The position numbers and the translations under genes were made by a program. From IMG/VR virus record IMGVR_UViG_3300020594_000001, positions 1 to 45,599 of that record: a DNA stretch of 45,599 bases. One strand, 5' to 3'. This DNA is from a virus (taxonomy: Duplodnaviria; Heunggongvirae; Uroviricota; Caudoviricetes). Below the pieces are notes generated by a model. It was not told where the DNA came from, ran no database searches, and saw only the letters and a program-made list of their open reading frames with translations. Positions 1 to 8,094 of this stretch are shown here, in pieces. Within the stretch, counting starts at the first letter, position 1. Every line of letters begins with the position of its first letter.

Positions 1-12
1 TATGACCCGCGC

Positions 13-429
13 ATGATCGCCGAATGGACCGACACCAACGTGGCCGACGGCGCCAGCTTTCAGGTCGACGTGCGCGTCCAGAAGGACGGCGTCCATACGG
101 GCAGCATCGCCATGACGCTTCAGAAGGAAGACATACTGCAATTGGGAGGCATGTTCGGCGCCGCCGGCAAGGAAGGCATCGTCGACTATTCGCTGGACAT
201 GAACCTGCGCGACGTCGTCACCCACGGCACCGACGCGGCCACGGTCAAGGTGACCTGGCGCGAACACATCGTGGTGCAGGCGCCGGCTCGCGAAGGCCAG
301 GAAACGCGCAGCCGCCTCACCGCCGAAGTCGAGGCCGACTGCGTCCATCTTCTGGTTCGCGACGAGGGCCGGCTTGCGCTGGGCATGACGCTTTGTTCGG
401 GCACCGCCCGCCTCGGCGTCTCGGGCTGA
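13..429 (+). CDS. Host chromosomal hypothetical protein, possibly NTF2/SnoaL-like; probably 5'-truncated by the window edge
   Basis: High-GC codon style unlike the prophage genes. The frame is open from base 1. The fold guess rests only on the helix/beta-strand pattern. Confidence 0.55.
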   Translation: MIAEWTDTNVADGASFQVDVRVQKDGVHTGSIAMTLQKEDILQLGGMFGAAGKEGIVDYSLDMNLRDVVTHGTDAATVKVTWREHIVVQAPAREGQETRSRLTAEVEADCVHLLVRDEGRLALGMTLCSGTARLGVSG

Positions 430-541
430 AGCCATTCGCAGCGGGCAGGCGCCCTTGTCGTTGCTGCGGGCCAGCCGCTCCCGGCGGGGCGCCGGCTCTG
501 TCGGGGAACCGCGTCAGGCGGCCGGGCACGGCTTACGAACG

Positions 542-588
542 CAAGAAAAAAGGGTTTATGAGATGAACTCATAAACCCTTGATTCTTG
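542..588 (-). terminator. Rho-independent terminator downstream of the tRNA 3' end (host side)
   Basis: Perfect 13-bp inverted repeat AAGGGTTTATGAG (550-562) / CTCATAAACCCTT (568-580), followed on the minus strand by TTTTTCTTG. Confidence 0.8.
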
Positions 589-595
589 AAGCTTG

Positions 596-643
596 TGGTG
601 GGTGCTACAGGGGTCGAACCTGTGACCTACGCCTTGTAAGGGC
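596..643 (-). tRNA. 3' half of tRNA-Val(TAC), from anticodon loop to CCA; displaced copy forming a prophage attachment site
   Basis: Minus strand reads GCC-CTTACAA-GGCGTAGGTCACAGGTTCGACCCCTGTAGCACCCACCA: TAC anticodon loop, T-arm GTTCGA, acceptor 3' strand and CCA. The D-arm and 5' acceptor strand are absent upstream. Confidence 0.9.
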
Positions 644-705
644 TCTTGAGAACCCGCGCTACGCTTAGCTCTTGGGGCATCCCCCTATGAAGGGAAGCGA
701 TTCCA

Positions 706-770
706 TGTCCCAAAATCTACCACAATTTACTGCGGTTTACCCACTCCAGTGTCCCAAAAGTGTCCCAAGA
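706..770 (+). repeat. Three direct repeats TGTCCCAA(A/G)A, candidate integrase arm-type binding sites
   Basis: Copies at 706-715, 750-759 and 761-770, 60-130 bp inside the att core. Confidence 0.6.
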
Positions 771-808
771 TTTGCAGGTTCTTGGCATCCCAGAACCTGC
801 ATTATGGC

Positions 809-833
809 AAAAAGAAAGCCCGCTTTCGCGGGC
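809..833 (-). terminator. Rho-independent terminator ending the replication operon
   Basis: GCCCGC-TTTC-GCGGGC hairpin (818-833) followed on the minus strand by TTTCTTTTT. Confidence 0.75.
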
Positions 834-877
834 ATCTTTGTTTACGGTCACGTTCCTAAGTTGTAACTTCTGGGTCG

Positions 878-1039
878 CTACTTATTAAGGGCTGCGGTCA
901 CAAGCTTGGCAAACTCCACCAAGGTCAGTAGACCTACAGAGGCGCCCTTGGCATCACAGACCGTGATAATCCCCTGGTCAGTCTTGCTAGACCAGGGGAA
1001 CGGGTGCTGCGTGCGGATGTCTTTAAGCGTCAAGATCAC
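878..1039 (-). CDS. Small hypothetical protein (53 aa, MILTLKDIRTQHPFPW...AALNK), absent from the ORF track
   Basis: GTG start overlaps the ligase TGA (GTGA coupling). The frame is open to TAG at 878-880, just before the terminator. Confidence 0.65.
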   Translation of the reverse strand: MILTLKDIRTQHPFPWSSKTDQGIITVCDAKGASVGLLTLVEFAKLVTAALNK

Positions 1040-2430
1040 CCCGCCGCGATAGCGCTATCGAACTGCTTGATGATTTGCTCCAGACTGTCAGCATCATCCT
1101 TGTCGGTGCGGTAGCCAGCTTCAGCCATTCGCGGCAAGAAGAGAGAGTGGGTCTTTCCATCTTTCGAGGGCTTCATCACCGAATTGCTGACGATCGGGTA
1201 GATTTTGCCGATATAGTCTTCGGGGTCAGCGTCGACCGCATCGCGCATGGCTTCATTTTTGATTGTGACGTCGACTTCGAGCAACCCGCATGAACTTCGC
1301 ATGGCAAGAGCCCCCGCCCTGCCCTCGTTCTTCGTGCCCTGCCGCCCGGGGTTAACCCCGACGCAAATCAGGTCGACCACTGCTTCGAGTTTCAGCTTTA
1401 CCTGCTCTTTCGAGGTGTAGTCGCCCCAGATGGCGGTCTTTTGCTTAATGACGGTTCCCTCTTTACCCTTCACCAGCAGCTCACGGTAGTGAGCGTATGC
1501 CTCTTCTAGCGAGTGAACCACCCGAGTATCAATGACTGAAAGGCGGGGCAATGCGGCGCTATTGGCCGCTGCCGTGGGGATGCGGCGAAGCAGTGTCATC
1601 AACCGCTCGATGTAGGGCTTTTTGTAACGCGCCTTGGGCTTGACCTCTTCCAGGGGAATGCAGTCCCAAATTTTGCAAATGACCACGTAGCCCTCTTCAA
1701 GCTTTCCGCCCTGGGCTACGCTATTGAGCATGCCGTTCCCGATTTCGCGCGCGCACTCTTTACCATCAGGGCTGCGCACCAGGAGCTCTCCATGGGTCTG
1801 GGTGTTGACCGGGATACTGAAACGAATAGCCTCGACCAGAGGGGAAAGCTCATCAAGCGGAATCGGCGTGCCCTGGCGCGATGTCAGAGCCACAACGCCG
1901 CCCCGCTCGCAATTGATATTTACGAACATGCCATCCGCTTTTTCCTGGCTGATCACCCCGCGCCCCCAGTTCCACTTAGACAGGTCGGTGTCTTTGGGCA
2001 GCGAACAACGCATGTAAGGGAATGTTGCAATGGTGCCCTTGAACACCTTGTTGACTGTCGACGCCCCGAACCCCGCCCTCAAGTCTTTCTTGATGATGCG
2101 GGTCAAGAGTTCTGCGCTCTTGGCGTCAAGCTGATTCAGCGCTTCCAGAACAGCATCGCGCGCCGCGTTGCCCGAAAGCTCGCGCGATGCAAGCTGGCGA
2201 AGCAAACCGAATCCGCTGATGCCATCCATACACAGCCCGCCCACCGCGTCGCTTGTGCGAACTGGAACGTTCTGGATGCCATAGGTGGTAAAGGGGTCCA
2301 GCGCCGCTTCGATGACATTCATAAAGTTAATGTCTTGCCCGTGCTTGGCGATTAGGGCTTCCTTGTCTTTTTTGCCGGACACGCCTGCAATTTCTTCGAT
2401 CGCGTCGAAAACCTCGCTCGATGTCATCAT
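1036..2430 (-). CDS. ATP-dependent DNA ligase (phage type)
   Basis: KxDG adenylation motif (QEKADG), EGTVIK motif IV, KLK motif V, and an OB-fold C-terminus. Confidence 0.93.
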   Translation of the reverse strand: MMTSSEVFDAIEEIAGVSGKKDKEALIAKHGQDINFMNVIEAALDPFTTYGIQNVPVRTSDAVGGLCMDGISGFGLLRQLASRELSGNAARDAVLEALNQLDAKSAELLTRIIKKDLRAGFGASTVNKVFKGTIATFPYMRCSLPKDTDLSKWNWGRGVISQEKADGMFVNINCERGGVVALTSRQGTPIPLDELSPLVEAIRFSIPVNTQTHGELLVRSPDGKECAREIGNGMLNSVAQGGKLEEGYVVICKIWDCIPLEEVKPKARYKKPYIERLMTLLRRIPTAAANSAALPRLSVIDTRVVHSLEEAYAHYRELLVKGKEGTVIKQKTAIWGDYTSKEQVKLKLEAVVDLICVGVNPGRQGTKNEGRAGALAMRSSCGLLEVDVTIKNEAMRDAVDADPEDYIGKIYPIVSNSVMKPSKDGKTHSLFLPRMAEAGYRTDKDDADSLEQIIKQFDSAIAAG

Positions 2431-2783
2431 TGCGCGTCACCCGTTTCAGCTTCCTGGCCCTGGCTTGCCAGCTTTGCCAGAACGACTTCCCGATTGCGAT
2501 TCAGGGTTGCCTCTGAAAGTTCCGTAGTCCGGATGCGCTCGATCAGACTCGACCAATATGCTCGAATGGCATCATTGTCTACGTTGCCCTCTTCCATCAT
2601 CGAGCACCACGTCAGCGTGCAGCTTTCGGTCGCCAGCAACGTCGCCATGATGACCGGGTGAACCTGTTCTGCCTGCATAATTTCTGCTACCGATTGGCAG
2701 AAGCGCTCGTGGATGCGTCGTAGCGTAGCGACAAAATTTTCTTTATCTTCTTCAGAAAGTTGCTCAAACGCTTGGTCTTGCAT
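2427..2783 (-). CDS. Hypothetical protein (118 aa)
   Basis: AAGGA Shine-Dalgarno; stop overlaps the ligase start (ATGA). Confidence 0.7.
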   Translation of the reverse strand: MQDQAFEQLSEEDKENFVATLRRIHERFCQSVAEIMQAEQVHPVIMATLLATESCTLTWCSMMEEGNVDNDAIRAYWSSLIERIRTTELSEATLNRNREVVLAKLASQGQEAETGDAQ

Positions 2784-2840
2784 TCTTAAATTCCTTTTTG
2801 GGAGATTGACCGCCCTGGCATGGGCTATGCAATGATTTAT

Positions 2841-2854
2841 AGTGAGTATTTACT
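2841..2854. promoter_or_regulatory. Palindromic operator copy (AGTGAGTATTTACT)
   Basis: Degenerate match to the AGTRAGYRCTYACT consensus; intergenic. Confidence 0.6.
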
Positions 2855-2868
2855 TACGGTATCGGATA

Positions 2869-3936
2869 TCACCCGCGTGCTAATCCAGAACGAAGTGACA
2901 TACGCAAGGTGACTGCGCTCTGCTGGGTAAGCGGCGTTGCCCTGTAGAACGCCTGGCGAACGACTTCGGTAGGCACCTCGTTGGGGTCTTTACCTGGGGG
3001 CAAGATGGCGATTCGAACCGTCAACCCGACTGATCGGGCGTGGAGCCCTGCTTTGATGGCGTCTTCGATTGCTGCAAATTCGCCGTCCCACATGATCGTG
3101 AGCTCTTCCAGCCCGCGCTCTTTGAGCATTCTCAGCTTGTCTAGCTGGCCCAGGGCTAGGTGCTTGCCAAAGCTGCCTATGGGCACCACGTCGCGCAGGT
3201 CTGGGTCTTCATCCAGGGCGATCTTTGCCGCGATCACGTCAAACACCCCCTCGCACAGCAGCGCGCGTCGTGTGCGAGCGACGTTGTGTGCGTTGAATAG
3301 GTGTTCGCCCGTGGATGCGAAGCCAATGGGGAAGAGGTATTTCTTCTCAGCGGTGCCAGTGGTGTCGCGCCCCTGAAAAGAGACCAACTCACCATTGATG
3401 TCGTAAATCGGGATGATGACCCGGTTCGTGTAGTCGACCACAAAGTCGCCCGCGTCCCAGAACGCATCTTTGCTGTAACGAAGGTGAAAATAGCGGGTGG
3501 CGTCCTTCGTTATGCCACGACGGGTGAGGTAGGCAAGGTTGCGGTCGCCCACGGGTAACTCAAACGACTCGGGCAGCACCAGACGCTTCGATTCGTTGCT
3601 TACAGCGAGCGCCTTACGGGCGGGACGCCAGCCGATCTCGCGCCCGACCTGCAGAATGTGTTCATCGAGTCCCTTGCCGCCAAGCCCAGAACTGGCCCGT
3701 ATGAAGCTGAAGCGGTTGAACTTCGCCTCGCAGGAACCCGAGAAGCAATTCCCGAGTCCCGTGTCTTGATTAAGAAATACCTTCCATTTGGAAGTGCCGC
3801 AGACCGGACAGGTTCTGATGTTGTATTGAGCGCCAGAACTACCATGGGTTTCGCGATACTCGACGCCCTCGCGGTCGAGGTATGCCCCGATGGGCAGTGC
3901 GTCAAGAACCTCGGCAACTTCAGGGTTTAAGGCCAT
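2869..3936 (-). CDS. DNA primase (zinc-binding domain plus TOPRIM)
   Basis: N-terminal CPVC...C..C, TOPRIM motifs LCEGVFD and WDGE, and a PGKDPNE tail motif. Confidence 0.9.
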   Translation of the reverse strand: MALNPEVAEVLDALPIGAYLDREGVEYRETHGSSGAQYNIRTCPVCGTSKWKVFLNQDTGLGNCFSGSCEAKFNRFSFIRASSGLGGKGLDEHILQVGREIGWRPARKALAVSNESKRLVLPESFELPVGDRNLAYLTRRGITKDATRYFHLRYSKDAFWDAGDFVVDYTNRVIIPIYDINGELVSFQGRDTTGTAEKKYLFPIGFASTGEHLFNAHNVARTRRALLCEGVFDVIAAKIALDEDPDLRDVVPIGSFGKHLALGQLDKLRMLKERGLEELTIMWDGEFAAIEDAIKAGLHARSVGLTVRIAILPPGKDPNEVPTEVVRQAFYRATPLTQQSAVTLRMSLRSGLARG

Positions 3937-4159
3937 TGCGGATCTTTTCTGCTATGTCGTGCTCGAACTGCGCCCGAACGCGTCTATTGCGCGCCCGCAA
4001 GTGTTCAAGCTCTTTACGGTCGACCGACATGCGCCACCCGGCAAACCCGATCACAGAAGCGGCCACCGCAATTGACCCAATCAGGATGGCGAACGTCCAT
4101 AGTAGAAATTGCGCGTAGCCTGCGATAAGCCACTTCAGAAATTCAATTACCGCGTCCAT
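3920..4159 (-). CDS. Small membrane protein (79 aa; start revised to MDAVIEF)
   Basis: Long hydrophobic N-terminal segment followed by a charged helix; overlaps both neighbouring genes. Confidence 0.6.
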   Translation of the reverse strand: MDAVIEFLKWLIAGYAQFLLWTFAILIGSIAVAASVIGFAGWRMSVDRKELEHLRARNRRVRAQFEHDIAEKIRNGLKP

Positions 4160-4343
4160 CCGACTTGCTCTCCAATTTGTGCGCTTCAAGCGCGGCATCC
4201 AACAGGTCTTTAAGCATGCGCTCCCGCTCGGTAGGCTTATCGTCCCTGCGACATACGAGAATCAGCACCGTGAAGATGCCGATTACCGTAAGCGCCATGG
4301 GAACCATGATGAATGCCAAGTTCCAATCGATTCCGCCGCCCAT
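4143..4343 (-). CDS. Small single-pass membrane protein (66 aa)
   Basis: Hydrophobic stretch LAFIMVPMALTVIGIFTVLILV; the start overlaps the helicase stop (TAATG). Confidence 0.65.
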   Translation of the reverse strand: MGGGIDWNLAFIMVPMALTVIGIFTVLILVCRRDDKPTERERMLKDLLDAALEAHKLESKSDGRGN

Positions 4344-5725
4344 TACTCTTCCCCAATCACTTCTGAAATGAAGATCATTTTTTCTAAGTCCTGGGCAATG
4401 CGAAGAGAAAAGCCATCTTGCTGGTTACGGCACGCAGCAAAGAACAGGCGCGCTTGATTCAGCGACTTCTCTTCATCGGTCTTGTTGATCGAAATGACGA
4501 TGTCAGCGATACGAATCTTGTTGAAGTCTTCAGCGACATCAGTAGCGGTAGCGACCGCTTTCTTCGCGCCTTCCCGGTTCGTCTGGGTCGCGGTCAGAAT
4601 TGCCAAGTCTTCCTGCATCGCCAAGCCACGCAGGGCGACATAGACCGACTTGGAGTTCTCGATACCACTGTCGGTCACGCGCTCAGGCTGCATAAGGTCT
4701 GCGTAGTCGACAATGACGAGGTCGAAAACGATACCCTTGGCTTTGTATCGCTCCAGCAATCGACGCAGGTCAGAGACGCGCATGGAGCCCGTCGGGAACT
4801 CCTGAATGATGAATTTGCCCGCCTTGCTCATGTAGTCTTTGACAGCAGCCTTGACCGTATGAGTGTTCGTCCCTAGCTGGCTCATTGCGACTTCAGCGAT
4901 ATTCGCATCGACCCGCTCAGCCATGATCTTGGCGGCGACTTCCAACGTCACATAAAGCACGTTGTAGCGCTGCGCCGACCCCGCAGCGGCAATGCCAAAG
5001 TCCATCAAGGCGGTGGATTTCCCGCCCTTGGCGGGGGCCATCAGCACCGATAACTCGCGCTTCCCCCAGCCTCGGTGATACAGAAGCTTGTCGAGCTCCG
5101 GGTAGCCCGTCGTCACACCCGTGGGCGGCAACTTGCCCGCCGCGCGCAGTAAACGCTCTTCTGTGCGGGCATCGATCATTTCGCCATAGTCATATGCCCC
5201 GCCATCTTCGTTGCGCCCGACGTTTGCAGCTTTGGTGATCGCTTGCTCGATTCGGTCGAAATCACGCTTATCGAGATAGCCCACCGAATCGAGGATTGCA
5301 GCGCTGATCGCCTGGTGCTTTGCGAACTGGGCCACCTGCTCCACGACATATTCACGGTCTGAAATGTCGACCTGGAACAGCCCCTTCTCGCTCTTGTCAG
5401 CGACATAGCGCGCGCAACCCACCCCAAGTTCTTTCGTGAGGACTTTGTTGATGATGTCGTGCTTGATCAGGTCGCCGATGACAGCCTTGTCGCCCGGGCA
5501 CTTGCGATACTTGTCGAAATACCGCATAGCGATATTGACCAGTCCCGCGTTAGACTCAGATTCGAAATAGTCGGGGCGAATCAACCCCTCGGTTTGCTGC
5601 ATAAACGTCACGTCACGCAGACAAAGTGCCGCGATCTTGGTCTGAAATGCTTCGTCAAACTCGTAAAGCGGTGCTGGGGCGCTTGCCCCAGCGGCAACAC
5701 TAGCAGCTGGAAGTGCAGCACTCAT
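4343..5725 (-). CDS. dnaB: Replicative DNA helicase, DnaB-like (SF4)
   Basis: Walker A APAKGGKST, VTLE motif, VIVDYADL Walker B, ATQTNR, and AEDFNKIRIAD. Confidence 0.92.
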   Translation of the reverse strand: MSAALPAASVAAGASAPAPLYEFDEAFQTKIAALCLRDVTFMQQTEGLIRPDYFESESNAGLVNIAMRYFDKYRKCPGDKAVIGDLIKHDIINKVLTKELGVGCARYVADKSEKGLFQVDISDREYVVEQVAQFAKHQAISAAILDSVGYLDKRDFDRIEQAITKAANVGRNEDGGAYDYGEMIDARTEERLLRAAGKLPPTGVTTGYPELDKLLYHRGWGKRELSVLMAPAKGGKSTALMDFGIAAAGSAQRYNVLYVTLEVAAKIMAERVDANIAEVAMSQLGTNTHTVKAAVKDYMSKAGKFIIQEFPTGSMRVSDLRRLLERYKAKGIVFDLVIVDYADLMQPERVTDSGIENSKSVYVALRGLAMQEDLAILTATQTNREGAKKAVATATDVAEDFNKIRIADIVISINKTDEEKSLNQARLFFAACRNQQDGFSLRIAQDLEKMIFISEVIGEE

Positions 5726-5728
5726 TTG

Positions 5729-6076
5729 TTAGCCCTCCTTGGCGGCTACTTCAACCCCCTGGAAGAGCTCGATTGCATGCTTGAAGATTGTTACGGGTCG
5801 CTGCGATGACTCAGAAATAACGGTCACCGTGAACTTGTCGCGCGCCTTGATCGAACCACGAATCGTGTCGCCAGACACCAGCACAATTGCCACCATGGAC
5901 CCTTCTTTCTGGTGACGCTCCAGAATGGCGTCATGCCCCTTTGCCACAAAGGGCTTCTTCCCGCCGCCTTGCAGTTTGCCCGTAACGGGTGCTGGGCGAT
6001 TCACTGTTAACGTCCTGCGACGGTGCTCGGCAATCTGGTCTTGGCGAACCACTTCCACGGGGTCAGCTTTGTGCAT
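5729..6076 (-). CDS. hfq: Hfq-like (Sm-fold) RNA-binding protein with an N-terminal extension
   Basis: Sm1-like VAIVLVSGDTIRGSIKARDKF and Sm2 FKHAI (E. coli Hfq: [21 protein letters not shown] ... YKHAI). Confidence 0.8.
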   Translation of the reverse strand: MHKADPVEVVRQDQIAEHRRRTLTVNRPAPVTGKLQGGGKKPFVAKGHDAILERHQKEGSMVAIVLVSGDTIRGSIKARDKFTVTVISESSQRPVTIFKHAIELFQGVEVAAKEG

Positions 6077-6092
6077 GAAATATCCTGATTAA

Positions 6093-6106
6093 AGTAAGTG
6101 CTTACT
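6093..6106. promoter_or_regulatory. Palindromic operator copy (AGTAAGTGCTTACT) upstream of the hfq-like gene
   Basis: Matches the consensus. Confidence 0.7.
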
Positions 6107-6782
6107 ACAAATTATGGTGAAAAAAAGCCTGTTGAATTAAGTCAGCGCCAAAGTGTTCGATGGCAACTGACTCGGGGAGCATCTTGTCTTTATAGACAAG
6201 GCGGGCCAGAACCCGTGCGGGCGCAGGTCTGGCTTGGACCTGCTGAACCAAGTATAGGTAGTAGGCATCTTGCTCTGGCAGACCGCAATAATTCGCTGCC
6301 AGAAAGATCGGGCTCTTCGCCAGTTGAAGCGTTTGGCGCTTCGCTTCGAGCCATGCCACTTCGACGTCGAGCGATATGTCGTCGTCGAACAGCTGATTGG
6401 GTCTGGGCAGATAACGCCAGCCCCTTTGAAACATGCGGTCAAAAACGAACCGCAGATAGAATGGGTAGCGACAACCGATTCGATCTGCCTCTTGGCGGGC
6501 GCGCCAGAATTGAAGCAGTGCGCCCGACTTGAAAATATCGTCAGCCACACCCGCAACTTTCAGGGTCAGTGCAGCGCCCGCATCTTGCGTCTTGGCATAC
6601 TGTGCGCGGTATTGGCTGTCATAGGTCTTCACAAACAGCTGTGTCGCCCGCGATGGCAGCATGCGTCGGTAATCGAACCAGCGCAGCGAATAAAGCTCGG
6701 GCTCAAGCTCTCGAAACTGTGGCGGGACAAGCTTTAGTTCTTTCTCGACCAACTGGGCAAGATCGTCCAATTCAAACTCCAA
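6105..6782 (-). CDS. Hypothetical protein (225 aa), first gene of the replication operon
   Basis: Long ORF collinear with the operon; no recognised motif; TTG start. Confidence 0.75.
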   Translation of the reverse strand: MEFELDDLAQLVEKELKLVPPQFRELEPELYSLRWFDYRRMLPSRATQLFVKTYDSQYRAQYAKTQDAGAALTLKVAGVADDIFKSGALLQFWRARQEADRIGCRYPFYLRFVFDRMFQRGWRYLPRPNQLFDDDISLDVEVAWLEAKRQTLQLAKSPIFLAANYCGLPEQDAYYLYLVQQVQARPAPARVLARLVYKDKMLPESVAIEHFGADLIQQAFFHHNL

Positions 6783-6853
6783 ATAAAACTGTCACTGACT
6801 TTGTAGTCTTCTGGGTGCGGAACCCGCCCTTCCAGACCTAACAGCGAAACGGT

Positions 6854-6937
6854 TAGCCGCTGTCGTATAGAAAGATTTAAGGTTTTAGAAGTTCTTATTT
6901 AAGAGGGGATGCCAAAATCGTGCTAAGTAAAGTCCGG
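6854..6937 (-). repeat. Copy A of an ~85-bp element (ACTTAG-NN-CGATTTTGGCATCCCCTCT box, AT-rich tract, GCGGCTA)
   Basis: The 19-bp core at 6902-6920 is identical, in inverted orientation, to 36549-36567. Confidence 0.8.
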
Positions 6938-7012
6938 TGTCCGCTCACAGGAAGCAAGAATGGGCGCGGCTACAGCGAAGCGTCCACTCTTACTTTCTTT
7001 TAAATCAATGAC

Positions 7013-7750
7013 TTAATCTTCAGAGTATGCAGCGATAACTTCCGCAACGAACCCCGACCTCACAATGTCCTGACGGTCGAAGGTAATCACCTTTACGCTG
7101 GGGATGTGCTGGATGCGGTGCGCGGCGTCCAACAAGCCCGAATTGGGGATGTCTGTCTGGGCGGCATCGCCGTCAACCACGACTTTGCAGCCCTCCCCGA
7201 TACGGGTAAGAAAGAGCTTCATCTGGCCCGGGGTAGCGTTCTGCGCTTCGTCAAAGAGCACGAATGCGTTTCTGAACGTGCGGCCACGCATGAACGCCAG
7301 GGGAACCGCCTCGATCTTGCCCGCTTTCAGGAAATATTCTGTCGGTCCCTTGCCCAGGCGCTCGTAGAGGATTTCTTTTACGGGTGCCAAGTAGGGCTCA
7401 AACTTTTCCGCAAGCTCCCCTGGGAGAAAGCCAAACTCTTCTTCACTCTCGACTGCGGGACGCGTCACGATGATCTTGTCGACGCGGTGGCTTTCAAGCA
7501 TTTCTGCTGCAATGGAAGTTGCGATGTAGCTTTTGCCAGTGCCCGCTGGCCCCAGGCCAAAGGTGACATCAAAGTTCTTGATCGCGTTGATGTAGCGTTG
7601 CTGCTTGTCGTTCTGAGCAACCAGGGGCTCGACCGCGCGCTTGTGGGTCGCGGGGCGTTGCAGTTGCTCATGAAGGTCTTCATCGTTCGCTGCGACGCGC
7701 TTGCGATTCTGGGCCAGGGTAGGGACTTTACGTTTAATGCTGCGGGCCAT
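7013..7750 (-). CDS. phoH: PhoH family ATPase
   Basis: GPAGTGKS, RPAVE, FGFLPG, RGRTF, DEAQN, TRIGEG and GDAAQ motifs. Confidence 0.95.
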   Translation of the reverse strand: MARSIKRKVPTLAQNRKRVAANDEDLHEQLQRPATHKRAVEPLVAQNDKQQRYINAIKNFDVTFGLGPAGTGKSYIATSIAAEMLESHRVDKIIVTRPAVESEEEFGFLPGELAEKFEPYLAPVKEILYERLGKGPTEYFLKAGKIEAVPLAFMRGRTFRNAFVLFDEAQNATPGQMKLFLTRIGEGCKVVVDGDAAQTDIPNSGLLDAAHRIQHIPSVKVITFDRQDIVRSGFVAEVIAAYSED

Positions 7751-7776
7751 ATGTGCTACCTATGGGAGTGGGGAAC

Positions 7777-8094
7777 TCAGGGCTGGACGCCAAACCTCTT
7801 CATTTGGTCTGCGATGGCTTGGTTAATCCAGTCGATTTTCTCGTTGTCGCGAATCTGAAGGTCGCGGTATTGCTTCTTTAGCGCTGTGTATGCGCGTGAT
7901 AGCGTTGATAGGCGCACTTTCCCGTCCTGGCCCGGGACGATGGTGGGCGCGTCAGCGCTACGCTCCATAGCGCTGACGGGCGCTACGAGGATCGACTCTT
8001 TAGGGGGTTGCGTTGAGCAGCCGCACAAGATCGCTACTAAGCACAGGGTCACCAGGACAAGCCATGGCGGGACCGTTACCGGAGGGCGGTTCAT
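7777..8094 (-). CDS. Outer-membrane spanin (Rz1-like lipoprotein); start revised to MNRPP
   Basis: Hydrophobic signal ending in lipobox LCG-C; overlaps the Rz-like gene in another frame. Confidence 0.7.
   Translation of the reverse strand: MNRPPVTVPPWLVLVTLCLVAILCGCSTQPPKESILVAPVSAMERSADAPTIVPGQDGKVRLSTLSRAYTALKKQYRDLQIRDNEKIDWINQAIADQMKRFGVQP

Noticed and set aside
596-670. Complete tRNA-Val gene
   Set aside because: The 5' acceptor strand and D-arm are missing; only the anticodon loop to CCA is present.
671-795. GGCATCCC and GATTTTGG fragments near att (also 45198) as extra copies of element A/B
   Set aside because: Matches are only 8-10 bp and lack the ACTTAG flank and AT-rich tract, so they are compatible with chance.
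672-866. 64-aa ORF (possible integrase or excisionase remnant)
   Set aside because: No tyrosine-recombinase or HTH motif. It overlaps the arm-type repeats and a minus-strand terminator, so it is likely spurious.
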